Part shown: positions 8,974 through 18,233 of the stretch, one piece after another | Layout: each line of letters opens with the position of its first letter | Position numbering within the stretch: the first letter of the stretch is position 1 | Virus record (IMG/VR): IMGVR_UViG_3300033072_001087 | Coordinates: 50,816-114,815 of that record | Direction: 5' to 3' (one strand) | DNA length: 64,000 nucleotides | Origin: a virus | Lineage: Duplodnaviria > Heunggongvirae > Uroviricota > Caudoviricetes | Translations under genes and position numbers: made by a program | Notes under the pieces: generated by a model | Database searches by the model: none | What the model was told of the DNA's origin: nothing | What the model saw: the letters and a program-made list of their open reading frames with translations, nothing else

Positions 8974-10375
8974 TATCCGCAAAGGGGCAGGGGGATTCCT
9001 GCGCAGCATGATCGGATCGGTCGGCGGCTTTGCCGTCTCGCGCTACGATTATCAAGCCTATTTTTCAACGCGCGATGTGTCGCGTTCTGATTACCAGACT
9101 TTTGATCGGATGCGCCGCGCTAAAGCGCGCGGTTTTGAGTTATCGGGGCTGTTCCTCAAGCCGATGGCATCGAAGGTTGCTTCGTGGGTCTTAGGTGCTC
9201 CGCCAGAATACAAGTTCCCTGATCGAAAGACTGAGATCGCGGTTGAAGACTGGTGGCGGCGTAATCATGCCGATGTATTGAGAGCCTACGAAGAGTCGGT
9301 CAATCTTGGCGATTGCTACGCAGTTATCAACGCCGATCTGACCGTAACCGTCGTGCCACCGCATGTAGTCAAAAAGATTGTTGACAAGAAGAATTTCAGC
9401 AAAATCATCGGCTATAAAATTACCGAGCGGTATCCCGATCCTGATAAACCGTCCAGCATTATGACCATCACCGACGAATATTACGCCACGCACCGTTGGC
9501 ATACGCGTGAGATCAATGGTAAACAAGTCTTCCGAAAAAGCTACAAAAACCTGATTGGCATCAATCCGGTGGTGCATATCAAGAATCAGTTGGGCGCGGA
9601 TGAGGAAAACGGCAGACCGGAAGGCGAAGCGCTGGTCGCGTTGTTACAAATCTACAATGAAACGTTGGTCGCAGCACTGAAGGGGAATATCCGGCAGGGC
9701 AGACCGACGCCCGTCATTCAGAAGATGGGAACCGCTTCGCAGCTTAAAGCGTTCTGGGAAAAGTTTGGCAAAACCGAAACCATTACGCTTCCAAACGGAA
9801 GAACAGAGACCATCACCACGATTCCGTTCGATCCCGATCAATTGTTGACAGTAGGCGGCGAGTCTGAGTTCAAGTACGAAGCACCCGGCTCTTTCAGCGC
9901 GGATACCGTTGCGCTGTTGCAAATCTTGTTTTATCTGATTGTGCAGTTCAGCGAAATCCCCGAATTTATTTGGGGCAATGCGATTGGCGCAAGCAAGGCG
10001 AGCGCCGAATCGCAGATCGAACCGTTCGTTAAGTGGTTGGGGAAAAAGCGATCGCGCGCCCATTCATGGCTCAATTCAATAGCGACAATTGTCTTAGCAT
10101 ACATTTCGCTATATGATGATAGTGTCAATCGAGATTCGCTTCCAAGTATTCAGTGGAAGCCGCTCACAAGCGCAGATGGACGCTTGACACTCGATACGGT
10201 TATCTGGGCATGGAGTCAGAATCTCTTTGACAACGAAACAGCAGTCGCTTTGCTGCCAGTCGGGATTAGCAATCCTAAAGCCGTTCTTGCCAAAGGATTA
10301 GCAGAACCACGACACATGCAAGCGCCAGTAACTACAGATAACAAGAGTGACGACACTGGTGGGAAACCTCAATGA
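8954..10375 (+). CDS. Putative portal protein.
   Basis: 473-aa ORF directly after the large terminase, of the size and position expected for a portal. No diagnostic motif recognised. Confidence 0.5.
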   Translation: MSMLVDNIRKGAGGFLRSMIGSVGGFAVSRYDYQAYFSTRDVSRSDYQTFDRMRRAKARGFELSGLFLKPMASKVASWVLGAPPEYKFPDRKTEIAVEDWWRRNHADVLRAYEESVNLGDCYAVINADLTVTVVPPHVVKKIVDKKNFSKIIGYKITERYPDPDKPSSIMTITDEYYATHRWHTREINGKQVFRKSYKNLIGINPVVHIKNQLGADEENGRPEGEALVALLQIYNETLVAALKGNIRQGRPTPVIQKMGTASQLKAFWEKFGKTETITLPNGRTETITTIPFDPDQLLTVGGESEFKYEAPGSFSADTVALLQILFYLIVQFSEIPEFIWGNAIGASKASAESQIEPFVKWLGKKRSRAHSWLNSIATIVLAYISLYDDSVNRDSLPSIQWKPLTSADGRLTLDTVIWAWSQNLFDNETAVALLPVGISNPKAVLAKGLAEPRHMQAPVTTDNKSDDTGGKPQ

Positions 10376-10926
10376 GTGCAAGCGCGTTAGAGCAGACATT
10401 CTCGTTGTACTGGCAGACGCATTATCCCGATGCGCCGCAGCCGCGACGAGAATACCTCTTCCATCCACAGATGGATTATCGTTTCGATTTTGCGTGGCGC
10501 GATCATTTGGTCGCGCTTGAGATTCAGGGCGGCGCGTTCACAGGCGGTAAGCACGGACGCGGCAACGGGCTAACTTCCGATTTCAAGAAAAATAATGCCG
10601 CTATTGCGTTGGGCTGGCGCATTATCTACGCCTCAAGCCCAATGCTGCGTGGCGTTGCAATTACCGAACTCGGCGAGATTATCGCAGATCTGGTTTGGAC
10701 TCCCTTCTCAATTGCTGATTTGGATCGTTCGCGTTGGACAGCCGTCATTCGCAATCTTAAGCCTAAAGACAGCGAGATGATGCGGGGAATTTGCGTTCAA
10801 CGCGTGAGTGCAGGTAAGTACACTGTTGAGAAAAATGGACTCAACCGGGTGTTTACCAAAAAGAAGCTCAAGCTGCACGAGCTTCAAAGCGGCGTATTGG
10901 ACTATATACTAGGCGATCAACCATGA
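10372..10926 (+). CDS. DUF559 / Vsr-like PD-(D/E)xK endonuclease-domain protein.
   Basis: YRFDFAWRDHLVALEIQGG resembles the DUF559 core (RxDF...LaIEvDG). Confidence 0.4.
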   Translation: MSASALEQTFSLYWQTHYPDAPQPRREYLFHPQMDYRFDFAWRDHLVALEIQGGAFTGGKHGRGNGLTSDFKKNNAAIALGWRIIYASSPMLRGVAITELGEIIADLVWTPFSIADLDRSRWTAVIRNLKPKDSEMMRGICVQRVSAGKYTVEKNGLNRVFTKKKLKLHELQSGVLDYILGDQP

Positions 10927-12122
10927 AAATCCTCTTCTACACCCCGACAGTCGGGCGCGGCGGCGTACATCGCGTCGTGGAAACCGTCTTGGCGCAAATT
11001 GTCAAACAGTATCCACAGCACACCTATCATGCTTTAGGGCAGCGCTACAACGAAGTTGGCGATAAAGTCAAATATCCGTGTGCGCTTACACAGATTCGCC
11101 CGGTCAAGAAGCTGCCAGATCACCCGGAACAATTCAAGTTCTTACTCGACAACGCGGACGTGTTTTATCAGCACTTAGCCGAAATTGCGCCCAAGTACGA
11201 TCTGATTTACGCGCCGTCGATCTGGTGGGGGCTTCCGAAAGGGGAGTGGGAGATCACTACGCCGTTGGTTGCGACTATCCCCGATTTCGCTTTCGACATC
11301 ATGAATATGGGGTCGATTGCGCAGCACTTTCGATCGGTGATCCGAAAACTTGGCGAATTCAGCAACACACTCGTCGTCCACAGCCGCTATTGGCAGCAGC
11401 ACGCGCAGCAAACCTACGGCACTCAAAACATCGAAGTTATCGAACATACGCGTGATTTCCTGAGTAAATCGTTCGATTACTCGTTCGCGGAAGGCGTACG
11501 GGTAAGAGAGAAATACGGGCTGCCGAACGAATATGTCTTGGCGTTTCATTGCTATGGACACAAAGACCCGATCACGATTTTGCACGGGCAGTTGTATGCG
11601 CGTTCGCGCTCGCCGTATGTGCCGCCATTGGTGATCGCCGGACTTGAAACCGAACAATACGTAGAGGGCGCGCCCATAAAAGGCGGAGCCGAGTCTCACG
11701 TACATGAGGTTCGACGAGCTATTCGCGAGATTAAGGCGACGCTTGGGCGCGACTTGTGGATCCTTGGCAAGTTACCGGATGAGGATATTGGCGGCTTATA
11801 CGCGATGGCGATGTGTGCGGTTTCCGCGTCGGTCTCGGAGGGCGACTTGCCGGGAACTGCGTTTGAGGCAATTGAGTCGCGCACGCCGTTCATTTGTTCC
11901 GATTTTCCGATTTTCACCGAAAAGCTGGGTGAAGACTGCGCGTGGATTTTCCCGCGCCGCAATGCGAACAAGTACGGGCAAGCGCTGATCGAGTGCGTCG
12001 AAAATCGCGAAGAAGCGCTTCGCCGTGTCAACAATGCACTAGAGCGTACCGGTAAGCGCTCGGTAAAAGACGTGGCAGCCGAGTACATGACTCTATTTGA
12101 AAAGGCGGTCAGTGATGTATAG
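10923..12122 (+). CDS. Glycosyltransferase family 1 (GT4-type).
   Basis: N-terminal MKILFYTPTVGRGGVHRVV (GT4 N-domain) and C-terminal E..GTAFEAIESRTPFICSD (E-x7-E-like) motif. Confidence 0.75.
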   Translation: MKILFYTPTVGRGGVHRVVETVLAQIVKQYPQHTYHALGQRYNEVGDKVKYPCALTQIRPVKKLPDHPEQFKFLLDNADVFYQHLAEIAPKYDLIYAPSIWWGLPKGEWEITTPLVATIPDFAFDIMNMGSIAQHFRSVIRKLGEFSNTLVVHSRYWQQHAQQTYGTQNIEVIEHTRDFLSKSFDYSFAEGVRVREKYGLPNEYVLAFHCYGHKDPITILHGQLYARSRSPYVPPLVIAGLETEQYVEGAPIKGGAESHVHEVRRAIREIKATLGRDLWILGKLPDEDIGGLYAMAMCAVSASVSEGDLPGTAFEAIESRTPFICSDFPIFTEKLGEDCAWIFPRRNANKYGQALIECVENREEALRRVNNALERTGKRSVKDVAAEYMTLFEKAVSDV

Positions 12123-13092
12123 GGTAGCGGTTACAGGCGTCGGCGGCGGCTGTGGACAGGCGATTGTCAAGGCGCTGCGCATGTCGAAACTCCCGTTGGA
12201 AATTTTTAAGGTAGACATCACCCCATTATCGGCTGGATTGTTTTTCAGTGATGCAGGTTTAAGCGCGGTGCTTCCCGCGCCGGAAAAGTCGCTGACGGAG
12301 TGGGAACAGTTCATCGACGAGTTCGGCATTGATGCGATCATTCCGGGTTCGGATCACGATTTGCTGCCGTTGTCGATCGCCTTCTCGCGGTCGGTCGCGT
12401 TGGTAGCAAAACCATCGTTTGTTCGGATCGCGAATGATAAGGCTGAAACATATCGTACCGGTATTTATGCAATTCCGTCGATTTACGCGGCCGCAAATAC
12501 CGATGACATCCTTGCCTTTGCCGAAGCGCACGGCTTTCCGCTGATCGTTAAACCGCGCAACGGAATGACATCGCGCGGTGTTTCGCTGGTCAACGATCTA
12601 GAGGAACTGCTGTTTTACTGGAAGCACACAGCCAATCCGATTGTACAAAAGTACATCGACGGCGATGAATACACTTGCGCGGTCTATTTTTCACGTAGAG
12701 GCGAACCGGTCGCATTCTTCCAGATGCGGCGCTGGTTATATGCAGGATCGACTTATCGCGCGGAAGTGACGCATCACCCCATTGTTGAAGAATTTATGCG
12801 CTGCACGGCGGTTGCTTTGCAGCGGTATCGTCCGACCGGCCCAGTGAATTTGCAAATGCGATTGGACGCCAATAACACACCACATCTACTGGAAATCAAT
12901 GCGCGTTGTTCGGGTTCGACCGCAATGCGCGCGCATTTTGGCTACAACGAGCCAGAGATGCTGCTGCGTGAATATTGCGCAGGTGAAGACATCGAAATGC
13001 CAAAAACGCGAGATGGGGTCGCGATGCGTTATTGGGATGAATTGTACGTTGATAACGCGACGATCGAGGACATCAAAGGATTCAACCGGTGA
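12115..13092 (+). CDS. ATP-grasp domain enzyme.
   Basis: FPLIVKPRNGMTSRGVSLV and LEINARCSGST are ATP-grasp signatures. The ATG at 12115 overlaps the GT stop codon. Confidence 0.7.
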   Translation: MYRVAVTGVGGGCGQAIVKALRMSKLPLEIFKVDITPLSAGLFFSDAGLSAVLPAPEKSLTEWEQFIDEFGIDAIIPGSDHDLLPLSIAFSRSVALVAKPSFVRIANDKAETYRTGIYAIPSIYAAANTDDILAFAEAHGFPLIVKPRNGMTSRGVSLVNDLEELLFYWKHTANPIVQKYIDGDEYTCAVYFSRRGEPVAFFQMRRWLYAGSTYRAEVTHHPIVEEFMRCTAVALQRYRPTGPVNLQMRLDANNTPHLLEINARCSGSTAMRAHFGYNEPEMLLREYCAGEDIEMPKTRDGVAMRYWDELYVDNATIEDIKGFNR

Positions 13093-13994
13093 AAATCTTA
13101 GTGACAGGCGGAGCCGGGTACGTTGGCTCTGTATTAATTGGGGATATGCTCAATCTTGGTTACTCGGTGGTCTGTTATGATCGACTTGATCACGGAATAT
13201 CCCCGATTGCGGGGTATCTAGAACACCCGAATTTTGCGCTAATTGTCGATGACATCCGGCGCGGCTACGCGCTGCAGCAAGCGCTTTTGAAAGCGGATGC
13301 GGTCATTCATTTGGCTGCGCTGGTGGGGTATCCGATTTGTGAGCAATCACCGAAGGAGGCCGAAGGCATTAACCTTTTCGGATCGATCATGCTCAATGAG
13401 TCGCGATCGAAACATCAGCGTGTAATCTACGCGAGTACCGAGAGCGTTTACGGTGGCGTCAAAAATGCCGATAATGGCATATTGCACGAGTGGATGCAGA
13501 CCGATCCGCATTCAGTGTATGCGCGCACGAAATTGGACTCGGAATCCCCATTTTTGGATAAGGGGAATGCGGTTGTGTTTCGTTTCGCCACCGGATATGG
13601 GTTATCACCAAGAATGCGCGCTGATACGATGGTCAATGATTTTACCCGCCAGATTGTAAGGTCTGGAACGCTGTCGTTGTATGAGCCAAATGTATTGCGG
13701 TCGTTTGTTCATGTGCGGCAAATGGCGCGTGTTCTCCTACATGGACTTGGTGCATTTGAGGGATTATACAACGTTAGCGAGATCGGACTGCGCAAAGAAG
13801 CGTTGGTCAAGAAAATAATCGATCAAGTCGGCTACGGGCATGTAACCTATGGAGAGGGTGCGGATCTAGAGATGCGCGACTACTTCATGGATTGCAGCAG
13901 ACTACGCGAAAGTGGATTTGAGTTTCAGCCGATCCACATGGAATCGGCGATTAAAGCGATGGCGAGGTACTTTACACATGATACCGCTTGCTAA
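13089..13994 (+). CDS. NAD-dependent epimerase/dehydratase (SDR family).
   Basis: MKILVTGGAGYVGSVL Rossmann motif plus a YxxxK-type region. GTGA overlap with the upstream gene. Confidence 0.8.
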   Translation: MKILVTGGAGYVGSVLIGDMLNLGYSVVCYDRLDHGISPIAGYLEHPNFALIVDDIRRGYALQQALLKADAVIHLAALVGYPICEQSPKEAEGINLFGSIMLNESRSKHQRVIYASTESVYGGVKNADNGILHEWMQTDPHSVYARTKLDSESPFLDKGNAVVFRFATGYGLSPRMRADTMVNDFTRQIVRSGTLSLYEPNVLRSFVHVRQMARVLLHGLGAFEGLYNVSEIGLRKEALVKKIIDQVGYGHVTYGEGADLEMRDYFMDCSRLRESGFEFQPIHMESAIKAMARYFTHDTAC

Positions 13995-15063
13995 TCCAGA
14001 CATCACCAAAGTCGAACGCCGTCATGTCCTGCAGGCGCTTTGGTCAAACACCATTTCCGGCACGGGTCCACAAATTCGTGAATTTGAGGCGGCATGGGAA
14101 CAGCGCAGCGGGCGCAAACGCGCTTTCGCGGTGAGCAATGGCACCGTAGCGCTGGAGATCGCACTGCAAGCCATCGGCATTGGACCGGGGGATGAAGTAA
14201 TTGTTCCAGCATTGACATTCGCCGCGCCTGCTGCGGCGGTGCGCAGACTTGGAGCGACTCCGGTGTTTGCGGATGTTGGGGTGGATGCTGTAATCAACGT
14301 GCTATCGGTCGCCGAGCGAATTACCGAAAAGACGCGCGCAATCATCGCCGTCGATACGCTTGGCAACATCCCTGACTACAATGCGTTGATGGATCTGGCC
14401 TTCTATTACGGACTGACCGTCATCGAAGACGCGGCTGAAGCACATGGATCGAGTCGTTTGGGAAAACTCAGCGGAACCTTCGGACACATCTCGACCTTTT
14501 CTTTCCACGCCAACAAAACCATCACGACGGGCGAGGGCGGCATGATTCTACTAGACGACGACGACACGATCGGAGTCATTGAATTGATCCGCAATCATGG
14601 CATGAGAAAGCCATATATCCATGAAGTCGTCGGAACAAACGGTCGAATGACGAGCCTGACTGCGGCCCTCGGTATCGGGCAAATGCAGCGCTGGGACGAA
14701 ATCATGCAGCGTCGCAAAGAGATCGATCGCGCTTATGATGCTGTGCTACCAAGCGTGTATTATTCACTGCCCATATCGCCTAATACTTCCAGAATTGTGT
14801 GGCTGAAAACGATTTGCGTTCGGGATGAACATCACGACGGATTGCGCGATCGAATCGTCCACCGACTGCGGGAAGCGCAAATCGACGCGCGCGCCATCTG
14901 GCCGCCGTTGACCGGGCTGAAACCGTATCAGTCGGAGCCGCTGCCGGTTGCTGAAATCGTGAGCGGGAATTCGTTCTGGCTGCCCACCTATAATACATTG
15001 GGTGATGATGATATTTACCGGATTGGAGAGGAATTGAGGATCGCTTATGAACGAGAGAATTGA
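13978..15063 (+). CDS. DegT/DnrJ/EryC1/StrS-family PLP-dependent sugar aminotransferase.
   Basis: Motifs VIEDAAEAHGS and FSFHANKTITTGEGG (the PLP lysine region) are typical of DegT aminotransferases. Confidence 0.8.
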   Translation: MIPLANPDITKVERRHVLQALWSNTISGTGPQIREFEAAWEQRSGRKRAFAVSNGTVALEIALQAIGIGPGDEVIVPALTFAAPAAAVRRLGATPVFADVGVDAVINVLSVAERITEKTRAIIAVDTLGNIPDYNALMDLAFYYGLTVIEDAAEAHGSSRLGKLSGTFGHISTFSFHANKTITTGEGGMILLDDDDTIGVIELIRNHGMRKPYIHEVVGTNGRMTSLTAALGIGQMQRWDEIMQRRKEIDRAYDAVLPSVYYSLPISPNTSRIVWLKTICVRDEHHDGLRDRIVHRLREAQIDARAIWPPLTGLKPYQSEPLPVAEIVSGNSFWLPTYNTLGDDDIYRIGEELRIAYEREN

Positions 15064-15232
15064 TGCGCCAATGCGTGAAGTTCGCTGTCCGACGTGCAAC
15101 CATCTGTTGTTTTACGCAGATTCGTTGTCAAAACCGTACATCGAAATCAAGTGTTCATCGTGCAAGCATATCATCGCCGTTAATGGCGAAAATCAGGTCG
15201 TCAAGGTTGTGACGAAAAGAGTTGCGGAGTAG
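15047..15232 (+). CDS. Mu Com-like zinc-ribbon protein.
   Basis: VRCPTCNHLLFYADSLSKPYIEIKCSSCKHIIAV closely parallels Mu Com (RCKNCNKLLFKADSFDHIEIRCPRCKRHII). Confidence 0.6.
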   Translation: MNERIDAPMREVRCPTCNHLLFYADSLSKPYIEIKCSSCKHIIAVNGENQVVKVVTKRVAE

Positions 15233-15281
15233 CCTATTGCTATTCTGCAAAATAGTCTTACAATTGAGAAAGAATTAATTA

Positions 15282-15320
15282 GACGCCGTGAGCGCAATTC
15301 GTCTCACGGCGTCTTTTATT
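15282..15320 (+). terminator. Rho-independent terminator.
   Basis: Perfect 11-bp stem gacgccgtgag/ctcacggcgtc with a 10-nt loop, followed by TTTTATTT. Confidence 0.7.
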
Positions 15321-15331
15321 TGGAGAAAAGG

Positions 15332-16837
15332 ATGGAAACCGTCTATCTCAAGCTACCGGATGCGCTTAAGGAAGCGCTTGGAAGCATCAGCGGTGTGAAT
15401 GCTGAGAATTTGACGCTTCCAATCGCGACCATCCTAGACGACGCAGACGAAAACGCCGTCAGCGAAGCGCTGGATTATTTTGCGCAAGTCAGTGGCAAAG
15501 TCACAGGCAAAATCTCGTCACTCAGTCGTAATTTTGGCGATGAACAAGATCGGGTTGTAGTTGAACTTTTTTCAGAGAACTATAACTTTGGATACTTAGA
15601 TTTTGTTTTCTGGCTCTACGACATTAATGGTGCGGTAAGCAATCGGTTAAGTATCGAACTGATGACCATCGCGAAATCAGAGAGTATGCCGGGTGCAAGC
15701 TTATCGACGGAAATGTACGAATTTCGCGAATTGGTCTATCGCGACACAACGCGTGATTTAGCGGTCAAGGTACTCGGAGTAGGGGAGATGGCGAACGCGA
15801 AGCCAATGCTGGTCACAGAGAATCTACAGAAAAAAGACGGGCGATTGATGGTTGAAATGCGCGTCCGTGCGCAGTATGACCCATCGGCGTATCCCAAAAT
15901 CGCGCTGCCGTCCGATATTGTCGAAGGCAGCGGCGAAATGTTCATTACGCTGCCGGTGGCGGCGTTCGATGCGGAGTCCTTGAACGGACACACGTACCTT
16001 GAAAGTTCCGTCCGCGACATGCTCAACCAAATTAACGATCGCCGACCGGAATCCAACTGGGGGCATATCCCCGATCACGAGTTCTCGACGCGTTACGGCG
16101 CGCCACCAGTTCGCTGGCTGGCAGCGGTTGAGCAGGGCGGGACGATTTTTGCGCGCGGTCGCGTGTTGACGGACGAAGCGCGAACCTACTATGCCCGCGC
16201 TGACATGGACAAGGCGCGTGTTGGCACGAGTTTGTTTGCGTGGGTCGAAATGGAAGATGACCGCGTAATGCACATGGATCTGATCACGATTGATCTGGCG
16301 GATCCGGCACGAGTGGGTGTTCCGTTGACGGCGGCGCGTGCGGCTGTCAATGTTACCGAGATGAGTAAAGTCAAACAAGAGGCAGGAGCGGAAGAAATGC
16401 TGGAAGCGAAAGTGCGCGAACTGCTTGCGATTGACGAGTCTGCCGATGTCGAAAAGGAATTGGCGGCTGTAATCGAGTCAAGCAAGCTGGCACAGGAACA
16501 CGAAAAGGCGTTGGTTGAACTTGAGAACGAAAAAGTCGAATTGCAGTCGCAAATTGACGCGCTGAAGGAACAGGGCGCGGAATGGGCGAAGCAGTTTGTG
16601 GCGCTTTCGATCCCGGTTGAATTGGCGCGACAAACAGTTCTCGATCTGATGGATTTTTCGAAGATCGAAAACGTCGAACAAGCAAAGGAACAGCTGAAGG
16701 CGATCAAATCGCGTGCAGATGTTATTGCGCTCATCAAGGCTGGCGTGGTTGAAGAGTCCGGCCCTCCACAAAAACGCGGCACTGACGATGGTAGTGCTGG
16801 CGGCAAGTTCTTCAAGATTCCAGAAAGAGAGGAATAG
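15332..16837 (+). CDS. Head morphogenesis protein with a long C-terminal coiled coil (putative scaffold or protease-scaffold fusion).
   Basis: Sits between the portal region and the decoration/capsid genes. C-terminal heptad-rich segment (VRELLAIDESADVEKELAAVIESSKLAQEHEKALVELENEKVELQSQIDALKEQ). ATG at 15332 with a ggagaaaagg RBS. Confidence 0.4.
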   Translation: METVYLKLPDALKEALGSISGVNAENLTLPIATILDDADENAVSEALDYFAQVSGKVTGKISSLSRNFGDEQDRVVVELFSENYNFGYLDFVFWLYDINGAVSNRLSIELMTIAKSESMPGASLSTEMYEFRELVYRDTTRDLAVKVLGVGEMANAKPMLVTENLQKKDGRLMVEMRVRAQYDPSAYPKIALPSDIVEGSGEMFITLPVAAFDAESLNGHTYLESSVRDMLNQINDRRPESNWGHIPDHEFSTRYGAPPVRWLAAVEQGGTIFARGRVLTDEARTYYARADMDKARVGTSLFAWVEMEDDRVMHMDLITIDLADPARVGVPLTAARAAVNVTEMSKVKQEAGAEEMLEAKVRELLAIDESADVEKELAAVIESSKLAQEHEKALVELENEKVELQSQIDALKEQGAEWAKQFVALSIPVELARQTVLDLMDFSKIENVEQAKEQLKAIKSRADVIALIKAGVVEESGPPQKRGTDDGSAGGKFFKIPEREE

Positions 16838-16840
16838 TTC

Positions 16841-17218
16841 ATGGCTGGAAATCTGACGTACTTTGAAAGCGACGGCAAGTCAGTCACGGTCGATCTGACC
16901 TCGACAGTGCCGAAAGATCAGATCGCTTATGTTAGCGGTTTCTTGGGCATCGCGCTTCAATCCGGCGACAGCGGCGACTCGATTGCGCTGAATGTCGATC
17001 ATCGCGAGTATCAGTTTGTCGTGCCATCGGGCTTGTCGGTGTCGAAGGGCGATATTGTCTACATTGACACCGCCGATCTCACCGGCCATCTTCCAGACGA
17101 CACGGCATGGTCAACATCGGCTGGCTCTGGGAAAATTCGTTTGTGCAAGGCGACCTCGGCGAAGGACGCCAACAACATCGTTACAGGCATTCTTCTTGCA
17201 GGAGAACACGCGTCATGA
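16841..17218 (+). CDS. DUF2190-like head decoration protein.
   Basis: 125 aa. Pattern Y..DGK.V...S.G...VSGF.GIAL.SGDSGDSIAL resembles DUF2190 proteins found between protease and capsid genes. Confidence 0.5.
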   Translation: MAGNLTYFESDGKSVTVDLTSTVPKDQIAYVSGFLGIALQSGDSGDSIALNVDHREYQFVVPSGLSVSKGDIVYIDTADLTGHLPDDTAWSTSAGSGKIRLCKATSAKDANNIVTGILLAGEHAS

Positions 17219-18231
17219 AGATTATTTCTAAAGAGCAACTGATCAAGAGCCGCGACGTTGCTGCCGTAAGCGGCGAAGTCGATCTGAGAAAAGAACTCAG
17301 AATCGTTGAAAATTCGCCGGGGCGGACGGTGGTCGAGTTTGTCGGCACCGACGACTTCCGCGCCGAATGGTATGATCGTCAGCGCTACGAAGTTGACGCC
17401 GGACGCGACAGCGAACCGCTGCTGTATCAGCCGCTCTACCAAGAGACGGTTGATGCGTCGCTCCCACGCAACGTCACGGTCTTTCGTATCGGGCCGGGCG
17501 CTGTGGTCTTCGAAGAAATCTACGAAGGCGGCGAAGTCAAGTTCGTGACTGTCAATCAGTCCAACTATTCGGTTCAGATGCACCACTATGCGGTCGGTCT
17601 CGAATACGGGAAAGACCTCGTGATGTACAACGAACTGTGGAACTTGCCGATCATCGAACGTCAGGCGGGGATCGCGTTTAACGCGCTCAAGAATCACATC
17701 CACCTGAATCCGTTCATCAGCTATTCCTATGGCGCTGCCAATCAGACCGCCGCCAACACAGGCGGGGATTCGATTGTCGAGAATTACCTGCGCACGCTGG
17801 AAGACGCTGTGACGAACGCGACGGAAGATACAACCAATCCGCGCCGTGGCCCGTACTGGATTTTGTGCAGTACCGCCAATTTGTTCACGCTAGAACGCGC
17901 TTTGACGCGTGTGCCGCAAGAAGGCTTCACGCTGCAGTCGTCAGTGATGAACATGGTTCAGGGCATCATCGCCTACAACGGCTGGAGCGGAATGCGCGGA
18001 CACAAGGCAACCAGCTACAGCGGCGTCAGCGCCAACAAGTTGTACCTGATCGATGCGTCGGACAAGCTGCGTAATCTGCGCTCATTCGTCAAGCAGGATC
18101 TTGCGCCGACGATGGGCAACGAAGACGTGAGCCGCTTCATTTTGGAACAGGTCGTGTGGGACACGTACTTCACGATGTACGCCGACATTCCGGCGACGAC
18201 GGAAGAAGTGACGCTGCCAACAACGGCGTAA
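17215..18231 (+). CDS. Major capsid protein (HK97-like).
   Basis: 339-aa ORF immediately after the decoration-like gene, at the canonical position. No motif-level proof. Confidence 0.55.
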   Translation: MKIISKEQLIKSRDVAAVSGEVDLRKELRIVENSPGRTVVEFVGTDDFRAEWYDRQRYEVDAGRDSEPLLYQPLYQETVDASLPRNVTVFRIGPGAVVFEEIYEGGEVKFVTVNQSNYSVQMHHYAVGLEYGKDLVMYNELWNLPIIERQAGIAFNALKNHIHLNPFISYSYGAANQTAANTGGDSIVENYLRTLEDAVTNATEDTTNPRRGPYWILCSTANLFTLERALTRVPQEGFTLQSSVMNMVQGIIAYNGWSGMRGHKATSYSGVSANKLYLIDASDKLRNLRSFVKQDLAPTMGNEDVSRFILEQVVWDTYFTMYADIPATTEEVTLPTTA

Positions 18232-18233
18232 TC

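Noticed and set aside
16189-17703. Minus-strand ORFs 16189-16887 and 17059-17703
   Set aside because: Antisense to the scaffold and capsid genes. Ser/Ala-rich low-complexity translations.
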